Assembly (NCBI RefSeq): GCF_009914755.1
Contig: NC_060927.1
Source of the DNA: the human T2T-CHM13v2.0 reference genome, Homo sapiens
DNA length: 64,000 bases
Direction: 5' to 3' (one strand)
Both the position numbers and the translations under genes were made by a program. A model generated the notes under the pieces. The model was not told the origin of the DNA. It was given only the letters and a program-made list of their open reading frames with translations, and searched no databases. Positions 43,541-58,399 of the stretch are shown here, piece by piece; positions within the stretch are counted from its first letter, which is position 1, and the number at the start of each line of letters is the position of its first letter.

Positions 43541-45125
43541 ATTATGGGGTCTCTTTGACTATGTTATCTCTTGGTGGGAATATTGTTATGGCAATTCCTG
43601 CATTAGAGAAGGAACTGACTTACACAGTCTTTAAGGATAACAATAACATCAATAATCTAATGATACTCTACTCTTGCCAATCCAGAGATTCTCTCATGAT
43701 TTTATAGTTTCCATGAACAACTGATATTTTGGGGGCTTATTATTGCTGGATGCTCTTACTAGTATGCCAATGATATCTGTAGAGAGTTCATATGTTTCTA
43801 TTTTTCTGTAGCATCCCTCTTATGGTGGTAGAGGTAACAGGAAATTAAACAGTTTCTCTTCACTAATGGTCATATCTTTCTGCCCTTGGTAGACTCTAAC
43901 TGGCTGTAATTGCTTCTTTTTGATGTATCTATCCCAAGGCAAATGGTTGCTCCTAAGAGCGTCATCTTTTCCTCCTGTTTTCCATTCTAAGCCCAGTGTC
44001 CCACATGTGCTGCTCCCAGGCACAGGCACTGCTGCACGGGGCTCCCCAGCTCAAAGGTCAAGCACATCAGGCTTTGAGAGATCAGAGCAATGGGGCTGGC
44101 TCTTCCATGGGCATCTCACAGAATGCCTGTGTAATATAATTTGCAGCGTCAGTGTTGTGGAGCAGCTTTGGGGACCTCCTAGGACCACTTTATTTTGCTT
44201 AGCAGTGTGAGACCTAGCTGGATGGCTGAATGCTGTCAGTCGTGCATTTGGCCGTAAAACATTTATCCGATATAAAGTGTCACAGGGAAAAGTTAACATT
44301 GCTTCACCCCGTGCCATAAATGGATGACACTTTCAGGATTGTGGCGCTAAAGACAGAGAGTCTGAGAAAAACTGGAAAGCAGCAAGCTTGCCTCATGAAC
44401 AGAACACTCAGCTAGGGATTAGCAGGCCTTGGTTCTCATCCCAGCTCTGCCAGCTGTGTGACTGCAGGAAGGTCCCATGTTTTCTGGGCTTCTGTTTCCT
44501 CATCTATAATGATATCTGCCTCACAGAACTCCCGAGAGGTACCTCGAGCGTGCAACAGCACGTTGTCAATTAGAACATTTCTGCTGAGGTCGTTGCTATG
44601 ATGCATCCTCATATAAAACGAGGGAGCCACAGCAGTGAACTTTGGACTTTTCCAAGCTCTAGAACGCTGACTCCGGGGAGCAGGCAGAGGAACAGAGGGG
44701 TCTGAGCACATCACACAGGCATATTTGGTTAGCTGTGCAAACAAGATGGATGACAGTGTCCTCTGTTTCTATTAAGCTTCAAAACTTATTTGGGAGATAT
44801 GGATTTGGGAGCTGCACTGAGGCAGAAACAGAAGAGAGAGAAATGAAGAAATATTAACAATAATCCAGACATCCTTACTCTGAGGCATAGTTGAAGGGAA
44901 TCAGTGTGGCCCAGGAAGGGTAATAGCACCAGGGATAACCACCAAATATCTTGTTCATTGGCCAAAAAAACGACGACGACGACAACAACAATGACAACAA
45001 AACACAACCCAAGATGTGTTGAAAAATAGAGTGGCTAAACCCAATTATTGCATTACTGTGTTTTCTGGCGAGATGGCAATAAAGAGTTGTGTGACCTCTA
45101 TACATGGTCATCTTTTACAGAGTGA

Positions 45126-45432
<307 letters not shown>

Positions 45433-46220
45433 CAGAGTAATTTAGTTCTGTTATCATGTTAACTCCCAACAGCCCCCAAATTTAGGAAATGATTTTAACA
45501 ATACTGTGATTTTTCTAGTAATAGCTCTGTGCAAAGCATTTTAAGAGGGAAATTGTCTTTAATCCTTATAGCAGTGCCATGGAATAGATAGTATCACCTC
45601 CTTTGTACTGAGGAGAACACAGAGCAGGGTGGTTCAGCCATGTTCCCGAGGCTGACTGCTTAACAAACAGCAGAGCAAGGGGCTCAGATCCTGCTCTGTT
45701 TGACTCCAAAACCTATGCTCATGGCTGAATGCTACTTCAGTCTTCACTCAGTAATTCTTTCTGAGAGGGTAAATCAACATCGTTGAGGATTAAAAACATG
45801 ACTTCTATTGACGCGATTGCCAACTCTTGACAGACCATTAAGAGGAGCAGGGAAAAATATGTCGCTGAATATGAAGTTTGAAGTTTATTACGTTAGTTAT
45901 CATTCAAATAGGTTTTGGAAATCACTTATCTAATTAGCTACGATGATTATTCGTCAGTTGTTTCTATGGATACTACTCATCTTATTACTCAAAATAGACA
46001 CTCATTTATGTGCTTATTTCTGCACAGTCTAGTCATCAGCATCTGATAGTTCTGACACAGGAGGGAATCCTGTTTTTTTTTTTTTTGTTTTTTGTTTTTT
46101 TTTTTAGTGGGCCGTTTACTGGCTACACTGAGTCCTATCTTGTAAATACTCGTAATGCACTTCCTCAGGCTTTGAAGTAAGTGAATAAGCGCAGCCCTCA
46201 TGGATTTCATAGCTCGAGAA

Positions 46221-46372
46221 CAGTGTTTCTTAAACTTGGCTACACATTGGAATCACCTGGGGGTGATTGTCCACTCACAGAAATTCAGAATCTCTCCAGG
46301 GTAAGACCCAAATATCATTGATCTTAAAATCTTCCAGGTGTCTCCAATGGACATCTAAGTTTGAGCACACTG
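46221..46372. mobile_element. MER5A-like hAT element (a second copy lies at ~46460-46645)
   Basis: cagtgtttcttaaacttggctacacattggaatcacctggg...agtttgagcacactg. Confidence 0.75.
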
Positions 46373-46728
46373 GCTCTTAGGGTAAACAGGTGCAAACATT
46401 CCTAAGCAAACATTCACAAAATTCTCTCTCCTCACAGGCATGCTAGAACATGAAACTGATTGGGTTGGACATTAGACTCACTGGGTAGTGGGGCGGGGAG
46501 GTGGGCTTATAGACAGACTGATGCCTGGCCCCCACCCTCGTCAGATTTTTAATTAAATGGTCCCTGGAGAAGGCTGTGCTTAGCGATCAGTATTTTTAAA
46601 AAGCCCCTTAGGCCACTCATATAAACAGCCTGGTTTTGAACCACTGAGTCACACCTACTAATCTCGAGAGAAGGCCCAAGGCTCAAGAGAATTATGTTTC
46701 CGTTGCATTAATTTCCAGTAAGGCCTGA

Positions 46729-47049
<321 letters not shown>

Positions 47050-48187
47050 GCCTGATGCTTTTCAGCAGACATCTTCCTGGTTCTGAAACGAAGAGATGAA
47101 GAGTGAAAAATTCAATTTAAATAAGATTTTCCAGCAGTGTAGGGTTGGGGTGGAGCTCTAAAACCATCTTGCCAGCCTGAGTTATTGAATACCAATGTCA
47201 GGAATAATTGAAGCAGCAGCACAAGGGGTATCTGTGAGGGGCGGAAAGGTCTAGTTTAGTTGATCTATTTGACCTTGTTTGCTAGATGTGAAGTCTTCTT
47301 TTCCTCGCAGAAATGAAGAGTTTAAAACAACAACAAATCAATGACCATATCACATTGTATTGGAATATTGAAAATACTCAGGCTGCTTGATAATGTAAAA
47401 CAGCCATACTTATATTAATTATTCAATAATAGGCAGCTATTTATATTTTGAACTTTTTCCTATTGTTTCAGCTAGGAGCAATTCTGCTTCTCACACGTGT
47501 AGCTTGCTTGTCTGTTTCTTTTCCCTCTTTAGACTGTAATAGTGCTGAGTTCACCATGGCCCCTTCATCATAATGAGAAAGAACTTTTCTAATGACTCAG
47601 AGATTTCTAAATTAAACCTAAAATGTTTATTACAAAGATGCTGGACACACATTATGCATCGCTGTTGCAATACAGTAATATAATTCAGATAGAAATTATC
47701 TTTGCAAATGGCAATCAATTTTTGCTACTACTTTTTGCATTCTTGACAATCTAGTCACTGGGCTGTGGAAAAGTGCTTTTACTTGATTATTTACACTGTT
47801 GATAATCACTGTGGTTTTTGGCAGAGCTAAGGCATTATTTCACAGACCTGCATTGCAATAGGGAACGGGTGTAACTTCAAAATACTGCCAAAGTTCCTGT
47901 GGCTTTAGCCGACACCAAGGAATGTACAAACTCAAGCACAATTCTTAGGAGACTTCATTCTTTTACAGTGGTTTGCCACAGGGCAGTCCACATGCAGGGA
48001 CAAGTTAAACAAATATGGTCCCTGGAGAAAGTGGGCTCCCCTGTAGCCCAAGAAGTCTACTGCTGTGGAGGTCTTCAGGAACTATCTGCATCTCCCACTT
48101 AATGCCCAGGACACATATCCTCCCACTTAGAACTTTGGGTTTAAAAGGGAGGAAACATATTTTAAAGTATTAGATAATTCAAAAACC

Positions 48188-48500
48188 GGCCAGGCACAGT
48201 GACTCACGCCTGTAATCCCAGCACTTTGGGAGGCCGAGGTGGGTGGATCACCTGAGGTCAGGAGTTCGATACCAGCTTGGCCAACATGGTGAAGCCCTGA
48301 CTCTACTAAAAACACAAAAATTAGCTGGGCCTGGTGGCAGGTGCTGGGAGGCTGAGACAGGAGAATTGGTTGAGCCCAGGAGATGGAGGTTGGTTGCAGT
48401 GAGCCGAGATGGCACCACTGCACTCCAGCATGGGTGACAGAGACTCCATCTCAAAACAAAACAAAACAAGACAAACGAAAAAACAAAAAACAAAAAACAA
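48188..48500 (+). mobile_element. AluSx-like element with (AAAAC)n tail
   Basis: Alu body with a short right-arm deletion. Confidence 0.92.
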
Positions 48501-49877
48501 CCCCGTGGTGCCACTGCACTATTTTCAAAGGGAAAAAGAGCCACCGCTCCAGGCTGAATGTTTTCTTATAGATCATATGCTGATAAAGAAATGAACACAG
48601 ACCTGTAATGTGGCAGATAACCTTTTGCAAGCGACTGCAAAAGAATAAAGAAAGATAGAAGCAGCGGAAAGAGCTATATTAAATGACTGCCTTATCACTC
48701 TTAGACAACTCCTACCTTTGATTTTTAAAAAATTTAAACATTTCAAACAAATCGTTATGCCATAGTGGGATGCTCTTGGGAAACACAAAAACAACAACAA
48801 CAACGACAACAACAAAAAGAAAAAACAGACTCTGACTAGTCCAAAAACATCTCAGCAGGCAATCTAAGGACTAGAACTGATTTAATTTCTTTCAAAAAAC
48901 TCTCCTCTATCATAACAAAGGTGTCAGTTATAAAGGGGAACATCTGTTTTGCTAGACCCTAAACTAAAACCTCTGATTCTTTTCACATCAGTCATTGAAC
49001 AGCTGTCAGATATATGAACAAGTTTTAGACACCTGAGAATTATGACTTTGAACACGTGACCTAGAGATCCTCTGCCCCTGTTATCACTTCCTTGGGCCAC
49101 CCGCCATGGCAGACTACACAGTCATTATAGAAAATGCCATCACCCAGTTTTGTTTGAGACTACACCAGCATGTGTTCAGCATTTTGAGTATTTTTCTGAT
49201 TTAAGTAGCACTTATTCCTGATTGCTTTTGGTCTTGTCCCTGTCCTATTTTGTGATACTACTATCTGCCAGCCACTAAAGTCAGAAATTGTAATTATCTT
49301 TAATTTACTAACCCTGGCTGATCTTTGGCCATTGTGGCTGGTGAATTCTTCTTTTCTTCTTGTGCGTTACCATTACCTGAATTCAGGCTGGCATTATTAC
49401 ATTATCATCCTCTTTGAATAGCTAAGGGGCATTTTGGCTCCTTTAACTCGCCACCCATTCTTCCCTTTACTGCCAGATTTTCATCTTAAATCAGAGATCA
49501 AATAATCTCATTGCTATGTTCAAGTTTTTCCATGGTTCCCCACTTGTCTTCAAATTCCTTATCATGTTATTCCTCACTACTCATGTTAGTAGTACTAACA
49601 CTACTCATGTTAGTAGTAGTCTTCTAACACTACTCCACCTGGCTCTGCTGCTCCACTGAAGACCCTTGATTATAATCTCAGCTCCAGCTCTGCCTGGTGA
49701 TTTTTCCTTACTAACAGCGTATGTAGAATCCTTCCATGTTTGTGTTAATACACAGTTGCTCCCGCTTAGGACTCCATTCTCCTCTTTCTCCTGCCATCAT
49801 AATACACACCTCTTAGAAGGCTCATATCTAATGTCACCACAGAGAAGTCTTTTCTGCCTCAAGAAATGGAATACTTC

Positions 49878-50001
49878 GGCCGGGTGCAGTGGCTCACTCC
49901 TGTAATTCCAGCACTTTGGGAGGCTGAGGCGGGCAGATCACGAGGGCAAAAGATCGAGACCATCCTGGCCAACATGGTGAAAACCCGTTTCTACTAAAAT
50001 C
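49878..50001 (+). mobile_element. Isolated AluSc left monomer within an L2 relic
   Basis: Ends at the A-rich linker ctactaaaat; no right arm and no matching TSD. Confidence 0.88.
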
Positions 50002-50278
50002 AATAAAATAGTGTGGACTTACATACTTTTATATGAGCTTCCTACAGACCAGAATTGCATCTTCTTCATCCTTCTGTGCTCAATATTTGGCCCTCTATCT
50101 GTACATTGTAGGTGCTCAGTCAATGTTATATTGAATTAGGATTACAGAGCACTGGCTTTCTGTGTGGTAGTTCATGGGAAGCTTCCTGCTCAGTGCCTAT
50201 CAGGTGTGCCATTGCGTGATATATGAGTTGATCTGAATGCCCCTTGAGTTCCTTGTGAGCTTAAAAATTGGAGGAATA

Positions 50279-50688
<410 letters not shown>

Positions 50689-53598
50689 TCAGAGCCGTTT
50701 CAAAGCACAGCTCACATTGCACCTTCTACTGCGAGCCTTCTGCTTTGGATTTGCTTTTTTGCTGATCTCTCTAGGACTTCAGAATCTCTTTTTCACTATT
50801 CAGCATTTTATTACTTACAGTTTTGTACCAATTATTCATTACTTGGTAAATTGTTCCCAATTAATTCAACTGAGAACTACTAGAGTCTAGCTTAATTTTC
50901 AACAAAGGTATTCCAGCGTCTCTCCTGAAGGCCCTGGCTCTGCCATATCAGATATATAACTCTGGGAAAGCTTTAACAATGGCCTAAACCTCAAATATAA
51001 AATGGGGAAAATTATAGTGTCCATCTTATAGACTGTAGAAGATAAAATACATTTGAAACATTTTGTGTAACATTTATTAATCTCAACATATGACAATTGT
51101 TTTATCATTATTATTATTATGGACAGTTTTAATCACAGCCTGTTGAAATTAACTTATCTTTTATTCAAAGCCTATCAAATGTAGGCAATGTTTGATACTT
51201 TTAGGTCTTTGTCATATTTCTCAATAATTGTGATAATTAGTTTGGCAAAAAGTAATCCCTTGCATAGCTTTTGGAACCACTCTTGCACCTTGAATGAAAA
51301 ACAGCCAGTGTAGGTACTGAAACCATGATCTGTTCAGTGGTGTCTTCTGGCTCAAATGAAGCACAAGAGCTTGTGAATTGACCTGAAACACACAAATAAA
51401 ATGTGATTCATTAGATACTAACTAATAAACTCAGTGCGTTTTTGGTGCCATCATACCCAGACTATAAGGTCATTGAAATAAATCTGAGACATTTCTCTTG
51501 AAAGACGTTATAGTCAACTCATTTCTCTGCCAAAAGAAAAAAAAATACAGCCCTATCTCAACACAATAATCTAGGACGTATTTATTTTAAAACCATTCCA
51601 TTTTGCTTTCTTAATTTCTCATCTCCCACCCCAGAAAATCGGAATTAACATGGCAAAAGTCCACTGTTTGACTTTAGGAAAAACAGTATAATTCTTCTGT
51701 ATCTTTCACAGACTTTGCTTGCTGGGCCAGAGCCGACTCATTTGGACACAGCTGTACTCTGAACTTATGTCGCTAGTTAACATTTCCACTTCTAGGCATT
51801 CATTTGGCTTATTTGTTCCAGAAAGTTTTCTGTTCTCTGATTTAATGTTTCACTGTGCTGTACCCACAGATCCATAACCTAATTCAGTGGCTGATTTTTG
51901 AAGACTGTGATTTAAAGAGCCAGAGACTTATTGAAAAAACTATATCTTTTCACCATTGGATCTAAGGCCTTCTTATACACAACTTCAGTGTAGGTTAAGT
52001 TTTGTCCTCGGACCTAAAATTGCCCCGGTAGGGCTCTTTCCACCCCTACAGAATCTTCCCAGCTAAATCTGTGGGGTTTATCTGGTGTCCTTTTCTTAAT
52101 CTGAATAGCTGTATCATAATCCTTATTAAGACATTGTAGCTCATGAAACTATTTACATCTGAAGTATGTATGACTGAAACTTGGAAAATGTTTTAAGACC
52201 CTGAAGAATGAAAGAATAATGGCAGAATGAATGGGACAAATCAAGGCTTATGATAACAGTGATTTTATCAGAGTTATAATTTGGGAACAGCAGGTCTTGA
52301 TCCTTATTCTTCAAATCGAATTGATCTTGTAGAGATTTATACTTGGTATAGGCTTCTGTTTCCTATAAAGAATGACCAGGAGTCAACTAGCTGGGGTTGT
52401 TTATTGATTAAGACATAGGCACTATAGAAAGAATAAGCCTGCCCATAGGAAAATGGTTAAATGCTGTTCTCACTCACAGGCTCTCTGGTGGCTGATCCTA
52501 CTCACTGCAGGGTAGAGTGGGAAACTGGTTGCCAGGAGAGCACAGGAGCACAAGGCTGGTGACCGCGGGTGTGCTGGTGAGAGAGCCACCATGACATCTG
52601 TATTTAGAGACGAATCTTATCTCCAGTTCACAGACATGGAAACTGACACTCTTGCCTGGGTAATCTGTGTCTCTCATTTCCCCTTTCTGTGCCTCAACTT
52701 TCCTTATCCATAAGATTCAGGGTATGGGATAGATGATTTCTAAGTTTCCTTCCTTTTTCCTTTTTGATTCTTATTGAATCCTGGGACAATGACAATCAGA
52801 ATGAGGCTCTGTGGGGCAGTAGGAGTGGCTGGAAAACTCTTTGAGCTGTATGTCAAGTTGCTCTGTCAACATTTAACTAGGGCCAAACAAATCTGCTGAA
52901 GACCAGGACTGTGAATTAGGGTGGATCTGGAGAGCCCATTTGAAGGGTGGGTCTGAAGAGCCCATTGCTATGACACATAGCAATTCAGATCACCAGTTCC
53001 TTAGGTCATGTTACCACTTGCTCCTCCACCTCCTGCTATTCTTTCTGTTCTCAGGCAAACCCAGCCAATGACTTGGTTAGCAGTTGAGCTCTGCATATCC
53101 AGCAGACCTTTCTCGGGGACTAAAGGACAGCCCATTCTTTGGCTTCTGTGGTGATTGGGGAATTCTCTAGAATGTGCATGAACATGATATACACCTCTCA
53201 GTACAGGCTATCCACTTTTTGGTGTTAACTCTAGTGTGTGATGGTCCTTGTGGAGGATGGGTGAAATGAGAAAAGTGGAAAGCATGACATTTGAATATGT
53301 GTTACAATATCTCAAAGAGATGAGAAAAGCCTCCAAGTAGCTTCCACCTATTGGGAATGATTCTGCAAATTATGTTATGTGTTTCCTTTCATAAGGCATT
53401 GTTAGAGAGCTCGGCTAGAGTTATGTGCCTGTATTTGTGGAGTATTTGCAATGTAGGGTGTTTTCTCCAGCAGAGCCATTTTGGAAGCAGTTGGTTATTT
53501 CTTCTCAGTAATCTAGTAGTATAGTATCATTCAGTGAACTTTCTGTGACAATGTAATTGTTTTATATCTTGCCACTAGCCTTATGTGGCTAATGAGTG

Positions 53599-55960
53599 CA
53601 AGCATACTTCAGAGATACTGAAGGTTCGGTTCCAAACCACCACAATAAAATGAGTCAACGTGAATTGTTTTGGTTTCCCAGTGCATACAAAATTTATGTT
53701 TATATTATACTGTAGACTATTGTGTGAAATAGCATATTGTCTTAACAAAAGTACATACCTGCATAAAAATACTTTATTGCTAAAAATTGCTAACAATCAT
53801 CTGGGCCTTCAGCGAGTCTTATTTTTTTATTTTTTATTTATTTTTTGCTGATGGAAGGTCTTACCTCTATGTTGATGGCCACTGACCAGTCTGGTGGTTG
53901 CTGAAGGTTGGGATGGCTTTGGTAGTTTCTTAAAATAAGACAAAAATAAAGTTCATCACATGGATTGACTCTTTTTTTTCCTGAAAGTTTTCTCTGTAGC
54001 ATGCAATGCTGTTTGATAACATTTTATCCACTATAGAATTTCTTTTAATCATCTCAAACCCTGCTGTTGCTTTATCAAGTTTGTGCAATATTCTAAATCC
54101 TTTGGTGTCATTTCAACAATGTTCACAGCATCTTCACTAGATTCCATCTCAAGAAACCAGTTTATTCTGTCATCCATAAGAAGCAACTTCTCATCTGTTC
54201 AAGTTTGATCACGAGATTGCAGCAATTCACTCACATCTTCAGGCTCCACTTCTAATTCTAGTTGTCTTGCTGTGTTTACTACATCTGCAGTTACTTACTC
54301 CACTGAAGTCCTGAACCCCTCAAAGTGATTCATGCGTGTTGAAATCAACTTCTTCCAAACTCCTGTTCATGTTGATATTTTGACCTCCTCCCATGAATGT
54401 TCTTAATGGCATTTAGAATGAAGAATCCTTTCTTGAAGGTTTTTAATTTGCTTTGTCCAGATCTATTAGAGGAATCACTCTCAATGGCAGCTATAGCTTT
54501 ATGAAATGTATTTCTTTAATAATAAGACTCGAAAGTCAAAATTATTCCTTGATCCATAGGCTGCAGAATGTATGTTGTGTAAGCAAGCATGAAAACAACC
54601 TAAATCTTGTACATCTCCATCAGAGCTCTCTGGTGACCAGGTGCATTGTGAAAGCAATAATATTTTGAAAGGAATCTTTTTTTTTTTTTTCTCCCGAGCA
54701 GTAGTTCTCAACAGTGGGCTTAAAATATTCATTAAACCATGCTGTTAACAGATGCCCTGTCATCCAGGTTTTGTTGTTCCATTTATAGACCACAGGCAGA
54801 GTAGATTTAGCATCATTCTTAAGGGTCCTAAGAGTTTTTGGAATTGTAAATGAGCATTGGCTTTCACTTGAAATCACTGGCTACATTAGCCCCTAACAAG
54901 AGAGTCAGCCTGTCCTTTGAAGCTAGGCATTGGCTTCTCCTCTCTAGCTATGCAAGTCCTAGATAGCATCTTCTTCCAATATAAGGCTATTTCATCTACA
55001 CCAAAAATCTGTTGTTGAGTGTAGCCAGCTTCATCAATGATCTTAGCTAGGTCTTCTGGATAACTTGCTGCAGCTTCTCTATTAGCACTTGCTGCTTCAC
55101 CTTGCACTTTTGCATTATGAAGATGGTTTCTTTCCTTAAACTTCATGAATCAGTCTCTCCTAGCTTCAAACTTTTTTTCTGTAGCTTTCTTACCTCTCTC
55201 AGTCTTCATAGAATTGAAGAAAGTTAGGGCCTTTCTTTGGATTAGGCTTTGGTTTAAGGAACTATTCTGGTTGGTTTGATCTTCTATCCAGATCTCTAAA
55301 ACTTTCTCTGTATCACAATAAAGCTGTTTCACTTTATTATCACTCATGTTCACTGGAGTAGTATTTTTAATTTCCTTGAAGAACTTTTCCTTTGCATTTA
55401 CAACTTGGCTACATGGCACAAGAGGCCTAGCTTTCTGCCTAGCTTGGCTTTAGACATGCCTTCCTCACTGAGCTTAATCATTTCTAGTGTTTTATTTAAA
55501 GTGAGAGACTTGAGACTCTTCTTTTCACCTAAACACTTAGAGGCCAATGTAGGGTTATTAATTGACCTAATTTCAATATTTTTGTGTCTGAGGGAATAGG
55601 GAGGCCCAGGAAAAAGAAAGAGACAGGGAATGGCTGGCTGGTGGAGCAGCCAGAACACACACAATATGCGTTGATTAAATTCACCATCTTATATGGGCAC
55701 AGTTCATGGTGTCTGAAAATAATTAACAAAAGCAATATCAAAGATCACTGATCACAGAGTTATAATAATACTGAAAATATTTGAAATATTGCTAGAATTA
55801 CCAAAATGTGACACCGAGACACAAAGTGAGCACATGCTGTTGGAAAAATGTTGGTGATAGACTTGCTTGAGGCAGGGTTGCCACAAATCTTCAATATGTA
55901 AAAAAATGCAGCATCTGTGAAGCACAATAAAGTGAAACACAATAAAACAAAGTGTGCTTG
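53599..55960 (-). mobile_element. Near full-length Tigger1 DNA transposon (~2.36 kb)
   Basis: Both TIRs present (caagcatacttc / aagtgtgcttg); TA target on the right, TG on the left; internal transposase homology. Confidence 0.93.
53830..55547 (-). pseudogene. Decayed Tigger1 (pogo/CENP-B family) transposase ORF
   Basis: Fragments in shifting frames: [83 protein letters not shown]. The 3' end coordinate is approximate. Confidence 0.88.
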
Positions 55961-55994
55961 TACTGAAAATGTGGCTAGTGCAAATAAAAACTGA

Positions 55995-56329
<335 letters not shown>

Positions 56330-57719
56330 TAGCCATGTATGGCTATTGGCTACCAATTTTAACAGCACGGTTTAGAAAACTATTGTACAACTTCTCTGAG
56401 GCAGACTCAATCATTATATGTTGAGTTTGAATGTTACAGTTCTTCAGGGCGCTCATTAAAAGATGTGCTTTTGACATATGTTTTTCAAATGTCTAACACA
56501 AATTATTCTCAGTAATTCTAGATTTTCTATTCTTTTGATACTTTACTAAAAAAGTTATTATAAGTCTGGAGCTAAACAGTCATTATTACTAAAGCAGTGT
56601 TTCAGGGACTCTAGGACTTGAGAAAAACAATTCCCACAATAATGTATAATAGTTCTGCTGTTTCCATAAACATGCATTATAGACTCTGTCTGCCTTCCAC
56701 GGTGCTTCCTACATCATTTCCTAGTGAAAGCAGGAAACTGATAATTCATGAATGTTTCCATTTTCTCTCCACTGAGAAGGAGGAAAGTGAGCAGCACTTT
56801 GCACTAGGAGATGTCTGGGTGTGAATTGCAGTTCTGAGGTCTTGGAAAAATCATTTCAATCTTTAAAGATTCAATTTTTCTTCTTTATCAAATGGCAATG
56901 AAAAGAATTCTTTCAGGCCTAACTACTTTTCAGAGTTGAAGTGTAAAAACTTTTGACGTAAAAAGTAGGCAAGTCTTTCTGAGCTGTACAATACTGTATA
57001 AATATTTGTGGCTATGGTTACTTTTATCTCAATTGGCACTGGAGCATTTGTATTGACCTTTATGGCATATTTTTTTCATGCCTGTAACTAATCATTCAGC
57101 CACTGCCTATGATAGCTGGAGACTTATCACTGAAACACTCAGGATCTTAACTTATTCTCTTGTTGTTCTCATATGCATTTGTTAAGTATCCATCTGCATA
57201 GTTTAGAGCTGACTGCTATGTAGTAGATTGGTTAGGTGAAGCCAACTTTCCTGTGACAGGAGAAAAGTTGATGAGTTCTCACTCCCGTATTCTGTATTGG
57301 CTTGATGATATACTTGCTTCCTGAGATAGCGAGAAATCTTAGTTCTGGGTCTACCTCCAGGTTTCACTGCATGACTAGGAAGATTCATTTGATCTGTGTA
57401 TGGATTCTCCAGAAGAAAGATGAAGTTTGTGGTAGCAACTTCTGAGCCCCTGTTGAGTCTTTAATCTCTGTCAGGTGACTATGTCTGGATTTTGTGATTT
57501 GATTTTAAACTCCTTGAAGATAAGGGACGTACCTAATTCTTCATTCTTGCTAAAAACTGTGTTCCTGAGTCACACTCAGGATGTGGAGTACACTCGTGAT
57601 GAGGCTGCTAATTTAACTCACGCTGCATGCAGATGTACAAAGAAAATGCAGCTTCTTTATTGTTCTATAGCTGATTTAACATTTCTCTTGATCTTTCAAT
57701 CTTTTGGGTAAGAACAAGG

Positions 57720-58335
57720 ATGTTAGTTTTCAATATCTGCAATGCTGCATGATACATTACCCCAGAGTTTAGCAGCTTAAAAGAATAAACATTTATTATC
57801 CCACAATTTCTGTAGGTCGGAAATCTGAGTGTGGCCTTACTAGGTTCTCTGGCTCAGGGTCTCTCCCAAGGGCACATTCAAGGGGCCATCTACAGGTCAG
57901 TCTGTGGTGACCAACTGTCTGGGGTTGCTCAAGACTGAGTGGTTTCTTGGGATGTGGGGCTTCTGGTGCTAAAACTGGAGACATCCTGGGCAAACTGTGC
58001 TGAACTGGTTATCTTATCTGGGTTTTATCTGAACCCTAGACAGAGGGACAGTCCTCTTCTAAGCTCATACCTTGTCATGTGGCAGGACTCTGTTCTACGT
58101 GGGTTGCTGGACTGTTCTTCTCTGGCTGTTGGCCAGAATCCTCCCTCAGTTGCTTGCCAATATGGTACTTGTTTCATCAGAGTGAGCAAGTAAGAGAGAA
58201 AGAGAGGTGAGCAAATTGGAAGCCAGAATCTTTCAAATTCCATTTGTTAAAAGCAAATCACTAAGTCCAAACCACACGCAAGGGGAGTAGATCACACAAG
58301 GGCAGGAGTAGCAGGAAGTGGAGATCATTGGGAGC
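57720..58335 (-). mobile_element. MLT1 MaLR LTR containing a MER94-like insert (~57904-58016)
   Basis: ttagcagcttaaaagaataaacatttattatcccacaatttctg MLT1 motif; ggtgaccaactgtc...gtgctaaaactgg...gggcaaactg matches MER94. Confidence 0.7.
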
Positions 58336-58399
58336 CGTAGAAGCTGCTCACCACAGGGTGAAAAAACAACTTGCAAATGTGGGTGACAGTATCTTTTGG

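Noticed and set aside
44536-44548. Overlapping KpnI/XhoI sites resembling a polylinker
   Set aside because: A 10-bp palindrome at the end of a MIR relic with no other vector sequence.
54620-55664. Intact TIGD-type domesticated transposase gene
   Set aside because: Coding sequence is broken across several frames by stops and frameshifts.
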